A stretch of 64,000 nucleotides of DNA from an uncultured Candidatus Saccharibacteria bacterium (GTDB lineage: Bacteria; Patescibacteriota; SOKK01), in contig CAZFJP010000002.1 of NCBI GenBank assembly GCA_964518965.1, positions 7,795-71,794 on the forward strand. The letters are read 5' to 3'. Made by a program: the position numbers and the translations under genes. Shown piece after piece: positions 55,716 through 64,000 of this stretch; positions within the stretch are counted from its first letter, which is position 1, and each line of letters begins with the position of its first letter. The notes below the pieces were generated by a model. That model did not search any database and had not been told where the DNA came from. It worked only from the letters and a program-made list of their open reading frames with translations.

Positions 55716-56163
55716 ACTAGGACAACCGATAGAGGTTAAGAAATATCCTCAGACATGGCCATTTTCCCAGCAAGTAAAGGTTTGTCTCGTCAAGTTGATT
55801 TCAATCAATTTGCCAGATAAACCCCAATAGGCGGCTCTGATCCTGCCGGATCAAGTCAATTATCATTTTTATTGCTCGCCCCTTGAACTAAACCAATCAC
55901 GCGGCTACACTTCTCACTCAAAGCGGCATTATATCTTTGTAAAAATTTCTGATAATCATTGTTAACATTCCCGGAAAAATTTTCTCTTTTCTAGCCACTT
56001 TCATTTTTTAATATTCACTTCTTTGACTTCACTTTAACTTCACCTTCAGTTGAATAACACCAAAATAAGTTAAAGTCGGATAAGCAGTATTACCACGAAA
56101 GAAACAAGCGAAAATAAAAGAGCAAGTCCAAAAGAATAAATTCTAATGGAATGTTTGCTCTTA

Positions 56164-56565
56164 TCATTCACTTTGCCCTCCTTGACTGAGATACTTTTCC
56201 TGAGCAGCTCTAAATTCTTCCATTGCTGCATTTGGATCATTGCTTATTTTTTCAAGACTTCTTTTAACTGCCTCTTCGGGCGAAGTTTCTACCATAGGTT
56301 GAACTGGAGGTTGTTCTGTCGTGACAGGAGCTTCCGGAGCAGGTCCTTCAGGAGAAGCTTTTGGAGAAACTTCCTCTTCGGGAGAAACTTCACCCTCCCA
56401 AGGAAAAGGTTCTTTTTCCCCGGGAACTCTTTCAACAGGTAGTTCTTCTTCCGAGGTTTTTTCAACACTCCTTCCTGCAGAAGGAAAAAGAAATTCACCA
56501 AAATCATCTCGATCCTGACGATAGCGAAAAACATCAGGTTGTGGAGGAAACTCTTTTTTAACCAT
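56164..56565 (-). CDS. Pro/Glu-rich low-complexity hypothetical protein
   Basis: 133-aa ORF, compositionally GC-richer; function unknown. Confidence 0.35.
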   Translation of the reverse strand: MVKKEFPPQPDVFRYRQDRDDFGEFLFPSAGRSVEKTSEEELPVERVPGEKEPFPWEGEVSPEEEVSPKASPEGPAPEAPVTTEQPPVQPMVETSPEEAVKRSLEKISNDPNAAMEEFRAAQEKYLSQGGQSE

Positions 56566-56593
56566 TTTATTTTTATTTTAGTATTAGATTAGT

Positions 56594-56750
56594 CAGAATA
56601 CGCTCCGAAATAGAGCTTCGTCTGACAAGCCATGACTACGCCCTACTCTACGGGCTTTGTCAGGTAAACGAAAAACGTATTTTTAGCGACTCTGTAGGCA
56701 TTTTTTATGCCTATCCGACGAAGCTTGAGCGTAAGCGAGAGAGTATTCGG
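56594..56750. other. structured element with ~28-bp terminal inverted repeats (MITE-like or regulatory RNA)
   Basis: AGAATACGCTCCGAAATAGAGCTTCGTC ... GACGAAGCTTGAGCGTAAGCGAGAGAGTATTC enclosing hairpins CTGACAAGCC/GGCTTTGTCAG and TAGGCAT/ATGCCTA. Confidence 0.45.
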
Positions 56751-56836
56751 ATTACTTAATTATAGCATAAAAACCGCTTTGCGTCAATAAAAAGAGGGTT
56801 TTCAACCCTCTTAGGCAAAGATAATAATATTCTCAA

Positions 56837-57877
56837 TCAAGCCGGTAATTCCACCCCAAAAGTGCTCCCTTTCCCGACCTCACTATCCACCCAAAGCTTG
56901 CCCTGATGCAACTTTACAACTGCATCAGCAATAGAAAGACCAAGGCCAGTACCATATTTTACTTCTTTAACATTACTACCACGCTGAAAACGCTCAAAAA
57001 TATTTTTTAAATCAGCCTGAGGAATACCAATTCCCTTATCTCTAATTTTGAGAATTGCTTGATTTTCTCCTCGTTCCAAAATAATTGAAACTTTTCTGCC
57101 AGGACGATTATACTGAATGGCATTCTCAATCAAATTATGAATTAAGATACCGAGACAAAAGCGATTACCTAAAACCGTTATTTTACGTAATCTTGATTTG
57201 ACAATAACCTTATTTTTCTTAGCTAAAAAATTTAAATCAGAAACGATTTGTTTGATTAGTTCATTTAGGGAAATCCGCTCAAAATTCTTCTTAAAGTCCT
57301 TAGAAATTAAATTCTCTAACAACAAGTCTTTTTCCGTCAAATGCTCCATTTTTACCAATGCTTCCTTCATTAATTTAATCCTCTTATTACGGTTTTTCTC
57401 CCTCTTTAAAAGATCTAGATTACCCTTGATCACACTTAAAGGATTTTTCAGCTCGTGAAGAATATCACCTAAAATCCTATCATTAGGATAATCCAAACAG
57501 GACTTACCCGAACTCTCGTCTTCGGATTCCTTTAAAAGAACTGAGATCGTCATCGTTTGGACAACACTAGGATCTTTAAAAACCGTGGGATCAACCTTGA
57601 TATTCTCGGGTGGAATCACGACCTTCTGAATTTTCTCTTCACGCTTTAATCTTTCCTCCTCCGTTCGTGCTCTTCTTTTGCAATAGTTGTCATATAAAAG
57701 AATCAACACTAAAATATCCGCAGCGACCCAACAGCCAATCAATCCCAGAATTCCCATCGCTACTAACCCCAGTAGCGCCGCACCTCCTATAACCATCGTG
57801 TAAGCAATCAACTCATTTTTAGGGGGATAAAACAATTTTGGCGGAGGAGGAATTTGATAATCTCTTTCTATTTTCAT
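56837..57877 (-). CDS. sensor histidine kinase (HisKA plus HATPase_c) with N-terminal TM helices
   Basis: 346 aa; H-box ILHELKNPLS; N, G1 and G2 boxes ...GTGLGLSIA... Confidence 0.85.
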   Translation of the reverse strand: MKIERDYQIPPPPKLFYPPKNELIAYTMVIGGAALLGLVAMGILGLIGCWVAADILVLILLYDNYCKRRARTEEERLKREEKIQKVVIPPENIKVDPTVFKDPSVVQTMTISVLLKESEDESSGKSCLDYPNDRILGDILHELKNPLSVIKGNLDLLKREKNRNKRIKLMKEALVKMEHLTEKDLLLENLISKDFKKNFERISLNELIKQIVSDLNFLAKKNKVIVKSRLRKITVLGNRFCLGILIHNLIENAIQYNRPGRKVSIILERGENQAILKIRDKGIGIPQADLKNIFERFQRGSNVKEVKYGTGLGLSIADAVVKLHQGKLWVDSEVGKGSTFGVELPA

Positions 57878-57880
57878 TTA

Positions 57881-58558
57881 TTATTTATCTACTAATTTAT
57901 ACCCAATATTCCTTACCGTTTTAATTAAATTCTCACAACCTTCTTTCTCCAGTTTCTTGCGCAAACTACAAATGTAGACATCTACGACATTGGTAAAAGG
58001 ATCTTCATTATAACCCCAGACGTTCTCCAAAATCTTGGTGCGGCTTAAGACACGATTCTGATTTTGCAATAAATAATCCAGAATTAAAAACTCGTAATAA
58101 GTAAGAGTAATGCTCTTGCCATTAACGAATAACTCTCGTGCTTCGCGATCAAGCTTCAGGCGAGAATGTTCGGCCCTACCTTGACTGACAAACTGTTTAC
58201 TTTTACGCTTTAAAACCGCCCTAATCCGTGCCAAAAGTTCTTCAAAGGAAAATGGTTTCACCACATAATCATCAACCCCTTCTCGGAAGGCCTCCAATTT
58301 CAATTTTAAGTCATTTTTTGCTGTCAAAACAATACGGCTTGCAGAGTTACCATCCTTCGCCAAAGTTTTACAAAGTTCCAAACCATGAATATCAGGAAGC
58401 AGCAAATCAATGAGAATTAAATCGTAACAATTCTCCCGTGCCTGTGACAGACCCTCCGAACCAGTCAGAGCAAAATCAACGTTAAAACCCTCACTCCTTA
58501 ACCCATCCTTAATAAACTCCACAACATCTTCTTCGTCTTCAATAATAAGAATCTTCAT
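57881..58558 (-). CDS. OmpR-family response regulator
   Basis: 225 aa; a receiver domain (ILIIEDEEDV...D...LLPDIHG) plus a winged-helix C-terminus. Confidence 0.9.
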   Translation of the reverse strand: MKILIIEDEEDVVEFIKDGLRSEGFNVDFALTGSEGLSQARENCYDLILIDLLLPDIHGLELCKTLAKDGNSASRIVLTAKNDLKLKLEAFREGVDDYVVKPFSFEELLARIRAVLKRKSKQFVSQGRAEHSRLKLDREARELFVNGKSITLTYYEFLILDYLLQNQNRVLSRTKILENVWGYNEDPFTNVVDVYICSLRKKLEKEGCENLIKTVRNIGYKLVDK

Positions 58559-58683
58559 TTTGGATTAATATTAGTTTAATCACAGTTCCATTATAATGAT
58601 AATGCAACCAACATTAAACCACAATTAAGATAAGATTAAGAAATTATTAAAACAATTACCTCACTATAAAGATAAGACGAACG

Positions 58684-60447
58684 TTGCAACAACGCCCAAA
58701 ACCTGTTAACTTTAATCTGATGACTGAAAAAATCTGGCAATTCCAACCAGAAATTCCTCCTAAAATTGCGCAGAACATGGGCAATTATCCCTTAATCGTT
58801 GCCCAGCTTTTATATAACCGTGGAATTAAAACTAAAAAAGAAGCCGAAATTTTCTTTAACGGTGATTATCGTGGCAACCTTAATAATCCTTACCTTTTAA
58901 AAGATCTCAAAAAAGCTGTTGTGAGAATCAAACAAGCGAAAGAAAAACAAGAAACTATCGGCATTTTTGGCGATTATGATGCAGACGGTGTCACTGCTAC
59001 CGCCCTTCTTAAAGAAGGATTTTCAAAACTAGGTTTCAAAAAGATTATTCCTTATCTTCCTGATCGTGTGAAAGAAGGCTATGGCATGAATCTCAAAGCA
59101 CTGGGATATTTAAAAAAACAAGGGGTAAATCTAATTATCAGCGTTGATTGTGGAGTAAGTAATAATGAGGAAATTGACTGGCTAAAAAAGCAAGGAATTG
59201 ACACTATTGTAATTGACCATCATCATCCGCCTGATAAATTACCTAAAGCAATCGCAATTATTAATCCAAAACAAAAAGATTGTCCTTATCCCTTTAAAGA
59301 ACTAACCGGCGTCGGACTGGCATTTAAGTTTATTCAAGCGCTTATCTTTAATCAAATTAAAGATAAGAAGAAACAAGAGCAAATTGAAAAATGGCTCTTG
59401 GATTTAGTTGCTATTGGTACTATCGCCGACTGTGCACCACTGACCAATGAAAATCGGATTCTTGTTAAATACGGTTTAATCGTTTTGCAGAAAACAAAAC
59501 GTATCGGTCTGCAAAAACTCTTCAAAATATCCGGTACTAATCCGAGTGAAATTAACACTAACACCGTTGGTTTTCGCATCGCGCCTAGAATTAATGCCGC
59601 TGGAAGAATGGATCACGCTAACCACAGTTTAAATCTCATTTTAACCCATGACAAAAGAGAAGCGGATCAGATTGCCCAGCTTCTTGAGGCAAAAAACCAA
59701 AGTCGCCAAAATCTAACTAACCAGATTTTTGCTGAGATTAAAGAAAATTTATTAAAAACTGATCTCAAACAAAAACTAATTTTTACTTCTAAGAAAGATT
59801 GGCCGGAAGGAATTGTCGGGTTAGTTGCAGGAAAAATCTCCGAAGAATTTCATCGCCCAACGATAATTATCCAGGAGAAAGAAACAGAAGCTACTGGCTC
59901 TGGCCGCAGTATTGAAAGTTTCAACATCATTAAAGCAATTACCCAATGTGAAAAATATCTAAGTCACTTTGGCGGACACAAACAAGCAGCAGGATTTTCT
60001 CTACCACGGAAAAATTTGGCGCAATTTAAAAAAGCGATTGAGAAAATCGCCAATGAAAAAATCACTGCTCAAGATTTACAACCGACTATCAAGATCGATG
60101 GAAAAATTACCTTTCCCGAACTAACTATTGAGTTCGCTAAACTACTGGAACAATTCAATCCTTTTGGTGAAGCTAACCCTAAACCAAACTTGTTAAGTGA
60201 AAACCTCATTGTTCGGCAATTTAACTGCCTCGGTGCCGACGGGAATCACTTGAAGCTTTATCTTGAACAACCTGACGCACATAAGCCTGGCCAACGTTAT
60301 TTTTCAGCAATTGGCTTTGGAATGGTAGAGAAATGCAAAGAATTAAATATCGGTGATAAGATTAATTTAGTTTTTAATTTAGGAATCAATCAATGGAACG
60401 AGCAGGAAGAGTTACAGCTAGAAATTGTAGACCTAAAAAAAGTTTGA
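58684..60447 (+). CDS. recJ: single-stranded-DNA-specific exonuclease RecJ
   Basis: 587 aa with DHH (IGIFGDYDADGVTA...DHH) and DHHA1 domains; the true start may be the Met at 58720. Confidence 0.85.
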   Translation: MQQRPKPVNFNLMTEKIWQFQPEIPPKIAQNMGNYPLIVAQLLYNRGIKTKKEAEIFFNGDYRGNLNNPYLLKDLKKAVVRIKQAKEKQETIGIFGDYDADGVTATALLKEGFSKLGFKKIIPYLPDRVKEGYGMNLKALGYLKKQGVNLIISVDCGVSNNEEIDWLKKQGIDTIVIDHHHPPDKLPKAIAIINPKQKDCPYPFKELTGVGLAFKFIQALIFNQIKDKKKQEQIEKWLLDLVAIGTIADCAPLTNENRILVKYGLIVLQKTKRIGLQKLFKISGTNPSEINTNTVGFRIAPRINAAGRMDHANHSLNLILTHDKREADQIAQLLEAKNQSRQNLTNQIFAEIKENLLKTDLKQKLIFTSKKDWPEGIVGLVAGKISEEFHRPTIIIQEKETEATGSGRSIESFNIIKAITQCEKYLSHFGGHKQAAGFSLPRKNLAQFKKAIEKIANEKITAQDLQPTIKIDGKITFPELTIEFAKLLEQFNPFGEANPKPNLLSENLIVRQFNCLGADGNHLKLYLEQPDAHKPGQRYFSAIGFGMVEKCKELNIGDKINLVFNLGINQWNEQEELQLEIVDLKKV

Positions 60448-60486
60448 ATTAAAATCACTTTATTATCAAAATGAAAAAGAAAGTGG

Positions 60487-60790
60487 TTTTTAAATTCGCC
60501 TACCTGATGTTTACTTGCTAGCCCGCTTCGTCTCCTCTTGGCAAATCTACCGCCTGTTCTACCGAACTAAAACAAGTAAGACAGATCACAAGATAAACAA
60601 GGCAGATAAGTCCTGTCGCACAGAACGTAGCCAGCTAAAATAAAAACCCCTGTTACCTATAACACGAGGTAAGGTTTCACCGATTTAATAATAATCAATG
60701 CACAAAAATCCTCGAGCGGTTTCCCACCCAGACAAATCCTAGCCACTTTCCTGACAGGTACAGTAAGATGATTTTCAAACCACAGAAAAA
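60487..60790 (-). ncRNA. rnpB: candidate RNase P RNA (reduced bacterial type)
   Basis: Minus strand contains CAGGAAAGUGGCUAGG (the AGGAAAGU P4 5' motif), GGGUGGGAAACCGC, GGUGAAACC, and near the 3' end ACGAAGCGGGCUAGC (P4 3'-strand-like, complementary to GCUAG); the ends pair (CUGUGGUUUGAAAA / UUUAAAAACCAC); ~300 nt with no ORF. Confidence 0.4.
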
Positions 60791-60934
60791 ACTGATACTA
60801 AACTATAGCACTAGCACTATTCTAGAAACTTGTCAACAAACCGACAAAAATAAGCACCACAAAGCCATAAAATGCCTTGTCGTTTCAAAAAAACTATGTT
60901 ACGATTTAAGATGACTTTTAACTTTTAACTTTCG

Positions 60935-62194
60935 ATGTTACAAGCTCCCAAAGGAACCCACGACATTTTACCCGATGAGCAACCATATTGGCGTTATCTT
61001 TTCAGAATTTTTGAAAAGTGCGCTTTGAAGTCTGGCTTTGAAAAAATTGAAGTGCCGATTTTTGAAAACACCGCTCTTTTCAAACGCAGTATTGGTGAAA
61101 CCACTGATATTGTAGAAAAAGAAATGTACACTTTCTTAGATAAAAGTCGCAACAGTATGACTCTTCGTCCTGAATTCACTGCCGGAATCATGCGCGCTTA
61201 TCTGGAGCATGGGATGTTTACCCTCCCTCAACCAGTAAAACTCTACTACTTTGGTCCAGTCTTCCGCTATGATCGACCCCAACAAGGAAGATACCGCCAA
61301 TTTAATCAATTTGGTTTTGAAATTTTTGGTGAAACCGAACCAGTAATTGACGCACAGTTAGTCACGTTAGTTTGGAATGTTTACCAAAAACTAAAACTCA
61401 AGGATATTTCGCTTCAAATCAATAGTTTAGGCTGCCCTACTTGTCGAGAACGTTATAAAAGAGAATTAGTTGACTACTACATCATGGAGCGCGATCAGCT
61501 CTGTCCCGATTGCAAACGTCGCCTTAAGAAAAATCCTCTTCGCATTTTAGATTGCAAAAACGAAAATTGTCTGGCTTTGAGTGCTAATGCTCCACAAATT
61601 ATTGATCGCTTGTGTGAAAATTGCAATCAACATTTCCAAAATGTTTTGGAATATTTAGACGAGGTTAGAGTTCCTTATGAACTAAATCCTCACCTTGTTC
61701 GTGGACTGGATTATTACAATCGCACCACATTTGAAATTTGGAGCAAAAAGAAAAGTGCCCAGAATGCCATTGGCGGTGGCGGACGTTATGATGGTCTAGC
61801 AAAAACTCTTGGCAGTAAAGATGTTCCCGCAATTGGTTTTGCTGGCGGTTGTGAGCGAATCATCGAATTACTCAAAGAGCAAGAAGTTAGAATTCCCGAG
61901 GAGCAAAATACCCCCGTCTTTCTCATCCAGCTAGGTGAACAAGGAAGAAAACGAGGATTAGCTCTCACAGAAGAATTGCGAGACAAAGGAATTGGTGTCG
62001 CAGATGCTCTTGGTAAAAGTAGCTTAAAAGCACAATTAAAATTAGCCGATAAAAGAAAAAGTAAAATTGCGATTATCATTGGCCAACGTGAAGCCGCTAA
62101 ACAGACAATAATTATGCGCGATATGCAAGGAGGAACTCAAAACGAAGTACCCTTTGAAAAAGCAGTAGAGAAAATTAGAAAAGCTCTTAAATAG
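60935..62194 (+). CDS. hisS: histidyl-tRNA synthetase
   Basis: 419-aa class-II aaRS; the motif-1/2/3 region and the HisRS-specific anticodon-binding domain are present. Confidence 0.92.
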   Translation: MLQAPKGTHDILPDEQPYWRYLFRIFEKCALKSGFEKIEVPIFENTALFKRSIGETTDIVEKEMYTFLDKSRNSMTLRPEFTAGIMRAYLEHGMFTLPQPVKLYYFGPVFRYDRPQQGRYRQFNQFGFEIFGETEPVIDAQLVTLVWNVYQKLKLKDISLQINSLGCPTCRERYKRELVDYYIMERDQLCPDCKRRLKKNPLRILDCKNENCLALSANAPQIIDRLCENCNQHFQNVLEYLDEVRVPYELNPHLVRGLDYYNRTTFEIWSKKKSAQNAIGGGGRYDGLAKTLGSKDVPAIGFAGGCERIIELLKEQEVRIPEEQNTPVFLIQLGEQGRKRGLALTEELRDKGIGVADALGKSSLKAQLKLADKRKSKIAIIIGQREAAKQTIIMRDMQGGTQNEVPFEKAVEKIRKALK

Positions 62195-62196
62195 GG

Positions 62197-62262
62197 CCAA
62201 GGGCAGAGGTCATAGGGCAGAGTTACTAGATCTAGCAACTCTGCCCTCTGCCCTGTAACCTT
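62197..62262. repeat. GC-rich palindromic repeat (same family as 3536-3655)
   Basis: GGGCAGAGTTACTAGATCTAGCAACTCTGCCC hairpin flanked by GGGCAGAGG and CTCTGCCCTG. Confidence 0.7.
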
Positions 62263-62275
62263 TAACCTTGTTTAG

Positions 62276-62605
62276 ATGTGTATCTTCTGCGATATTGTTA
62301 ATAAAAAATCACCGGCTAAAATTGTCTATGAAGATAATGCAATTATCGCTTTTCCGGATATTCATCCCTCCGCACCGGTACATATTCTGATTATTCCTAA
62401 AAAGCATCTCAGTTGTGTTAATGACATTACTGACGTTGATCAGTCACTCGTCGGCAAGATGATTCTCGTTGCAAAAAAACTAGCGCGGGAGAATAAAATC
62501 GATCAATCTGGCTACCGCCTTATAATTAACTGTGGTAAAGATGCTGGACAAGTAGTTGAGCACCTGCATTTACATCTATTGGGAGGAAAGAAATTGGGAT
62601 CTTAA
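62276..62605 (+). CDS. HIT-family (histidine triad) hydrolase
   Basis: 109 aa ending HLHLHLLGG. Confidence 0.85.
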   Translation: MCIFCDIVNKKSPAKIVYEDNAIIAFPDIHPSAPVHILIIPKKHLSCVNDITDVDQSLVGKMILVAKKLARENKIDQSGYRLIINCGKDAGQVVEHLHLHLLGGKKLGS

Positions 62606-62619
62606 ACAATAAACAATAT

Positions 62620-62692
62620 AAGATGTAAGATGGTATATGTTAGATATTAGATGTTAGATGGTAGAAGTAAAACCTCACATCTAACATTAGTT
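62620..62692. repeat. GTTAGATG-family palindromic repeat
   Basis: TGTTAGATG...CATCTAACA 9-bp stem plus tandem TAGAT motifs. Confidence 0.65.
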
Positions 62693-62753
62693 AGTGTTAT
62701 AATAACTAGGCATTATCATATAATAAATATTTAATATTGGAGGTGATACTATT

Positions 62754-62990
62754 TTGGCCATTGAAGTAAAAAGAAAAGATCGTGAAGCATTTGAAAGTAT
62801 GTTAAAGCGTTTCAACCGCGAAGTTTTAAAAAGCGGTGTTTTAAACATTGCCCGCGAAAATCGTTTCCACGAAAAAGAACCTAATCGCAATGCCAAACGA
62901 AAATCTGCATTGCGCAAAGCGCAACTGCGCAGGGAACGCAAAAAACTTTTCGCCAAGGGAATTTTTAAACCCACCTTTAATAAAAAGTAG
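62754..62990 (+). CDS. rpsU: 30S ribosomal protein S21, TTG start
   Basis: 78 aa; basic, S21-like; GGAGGTGA SD 7 nt upstream of the TTG. Confidence 0.75.
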   Translation: MAIEVKRKDREAFESMLKRFNREVLKSGVLNIARENRFHEKEPNRNAKRKSALRKAQLRRERKKLFAKGIFKPTFNKK

Positions 62991-62996
62991 AAAAAA

Positions 62997-63437
62997 ATGA
63001 CTATTCAAACTCAAATTGAAGCTGATTTAAACCGAGCACTCAAAGAAAAAAATGAATTTAACTGTTCTGTTTTGCGTATGATTAAAAGTGCTCTCCACAA
63101 CAAAGAAATAGAGAAAAAAAGTAAATTAAAAGACGAGGATGTTTTTGAAGTTCTCCGCCATGAGATCAAAAGCCGCAAGGATTCTATTATTGATTATGAA
63201 AAAGCAAAACGTAGCGAACTTGCCGAAAAAGAAAAAAAGGAAATTGCCTTGATTGAAAAATATCTTCCCGCAATGTTAGGGGAAAATGAGATAAAAAAGA
63301 TCGTCTTGGAAGCAATCAAACAACTTAATGCTGGCCCCAAGGATTTTGGCAAAGTAATGGGACAAGTAATGGAAAAATTAAAAGGTAAGGCAGATGGTAA
63401 TATAGTCAGCCAAATTGTGAAGCAAAATCTAAAATAA
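62997..63437 (+). CDS. yqeY: GatB/YqeY domain protein
   Basis: 146 aa with the classic YqeY N-terminus (…LKEKNEFNCSVLRMIKSAL…). Confidence 0.85.
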   Translation: MTIQTQIEADLNRALKEKNEFNCSVLRMIKSALHNKEIEKKSKLKDEDVFEVLRHEIKSRKDSIIDYEKAKRSELAEKEKKEIALIEKYLPAMLGENEIKKIVLEAIKQLNAGPKDFGKVMGQVMEKLKGKADGNIVSQIVKQNLK

Positions 63438-63442
63438 CTAAA

Positions 63443-63805
63443 ATGATTCTTTCTCCTCGAAAACTAATTCAGAGTTTTCGTTTTGCCCTGAAAGGTATCT
63501 GGTACGTGTTTAAAAAGGAACAGAATTTAAGAATTGAACTAGTTATTGCCGCAGGAGTAATTGTAATGATGTTTATCTACAAGCTAACCATCATGGAACG
63601 AGTAGCACTCCTAATGCTCATCATCGCCGTATTGGTTCTGGAAATATTTAACACTATCATCGAGAGGGTAGTAGATATGGCAAGCCCGCGCCTTCACCCC
63701 CTTGCTGAAACAATTAAAAATATGACTGCCGGGACCGTACTCATTACCGCAACATTCGCGGTAGTCATTGCAATTATCATATTTTACCCGCACATTTTTG
63801 GGTAA
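63443..63805 (+). CDS. dgkA: diacylglycerol kinase / undecaprenol kinase family (DgkA)
   Basis: 120 aa with three TM helices and E/N-rich loops typical of DgkA. Confidence 0.75.
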   Translation: MILSPRKLIQSFRFALKGIWYVFKKEQNLRIELVIAAGVIVMMFIYKLTIMERVALLMLIIAVLVLEIFNTIIERVVDMASPRLHPLAETIKNMTAGTVLITATFAVVIAIIIFYPHIFG

Positions 63806-63888
63806 TTTTTTTTCTCACTTATATTTGGCAAAAAAACATAACTAGTGTATACTAAGGACGAGAATTACTCGTCCTTTTTAGATGCTTC

Positions 63889-64000
63889 ATGAAAGAGCAA
63901 AACCTTTTTTCAGCGATTGACCTGGGAAATAGCAAGACCCGGGTAATCACTGCTATTCTGAACCCCAGCAGTACTAAATTAGACATTGTCGGTTATAGCG
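63889..64000 (+). CDS. actin-like ATPase, FtsA/PilM family, N-terminus (partial, runs off the window end)
   Basis: ...FSAIDLGNSKTRVITAIL... is the phosphate-1 motif of FtsA/PilM-type proteins. Confidence 0.45.
   Translation, partial: MKEQNLFSAIDLGNSKTRVITAILNPSSTKLDIVGYS

Noticed and set aside
60448-60934. T-box riboswitch upstream of hisS
   Set aside because: A GGGTGGGAAACCGC string resembling the T-box core is present only on the minus strand, opposite to hisS. No specifier-loop or antiterminator arrangement could be built on the plus strand. The region is better explained as an RNase P RNA candidate on the minus strand.
1-64000. CRISPR array
   Set aside because: The repeat families found (GGGCAGAGG palindromes, GTTAGATG hairpins, CTTCAGCC inverted repeats) are isolated palindromes or short tandem units without regularly spaced unique spacers. 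No cas-like genes were recognised.

Overview
This is a low-GC, gene-dense bacterial chromosomal segment read with the standard genetic code (TAA, TAG and TGA all terminate verified housekeeping genes). Its composition and gene content resemble small-genome Gram-positive-like or Patescibacteria-type bacteria, but that is an impression, not a demonstrated assignment. Most of the window is housekeeping: rnj (partial), family-4 udg, pnp, rpsO, trpS, dnaG, rpoD, rplY, dnaJ, mnmA, ndk, comEC (split into two ORFs), queA, comM, a miaB-miaA fusion, rsmI, metG, tatD, the hrcA-grpE-hsp20-dnaK heat-shock operon with a perfect CIRCE operator, a two-component system, recJ, hisS, hit, rpsU, yqeY, dgkA and an ftsA/pilM-like N-terminus. 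I could fold ten tRNAs by hand: Lys-CTT, Arg-TCT, His, Arg-TCG, Ser-GGA, Lys-TTT, Asp, Arg-CCT, Glu-CTC, plus one tRNA-like fragment. Two candidate structural RNAs were found by motif matching: an SRP RNA and an RNase P RNA, both on the minus strand. The accessory content is where the interest lies. There is a secreted-protein locus with two proteins sharing a WxL-like C-terminal domain (one carrying BNR/Asp-box repeats) plus a DUF916/DUF3324-like anchored protein, preceded by duplicated DnaA-box 16-mers. A GIY-YIG nuclease gene sits inside a duplicated, disrupted tRNA-Asp. Several families of short GC-rich palindromic repeats occur in this AT-rich DNA, one of which also sits in-frame inside the miaB-miaA coding sequence. 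A four-helix-bundle (23S-IVS family) gene is flanked by inverted repeats. A decayed region next to tRNA-Glu carries a VirB4/VirD4-like ATPase and several frameshifted pseudogenes (PHP hydrolase, L,D-transpeptidase). All homology calls rest on recognising motifs by eye, not on database searches.
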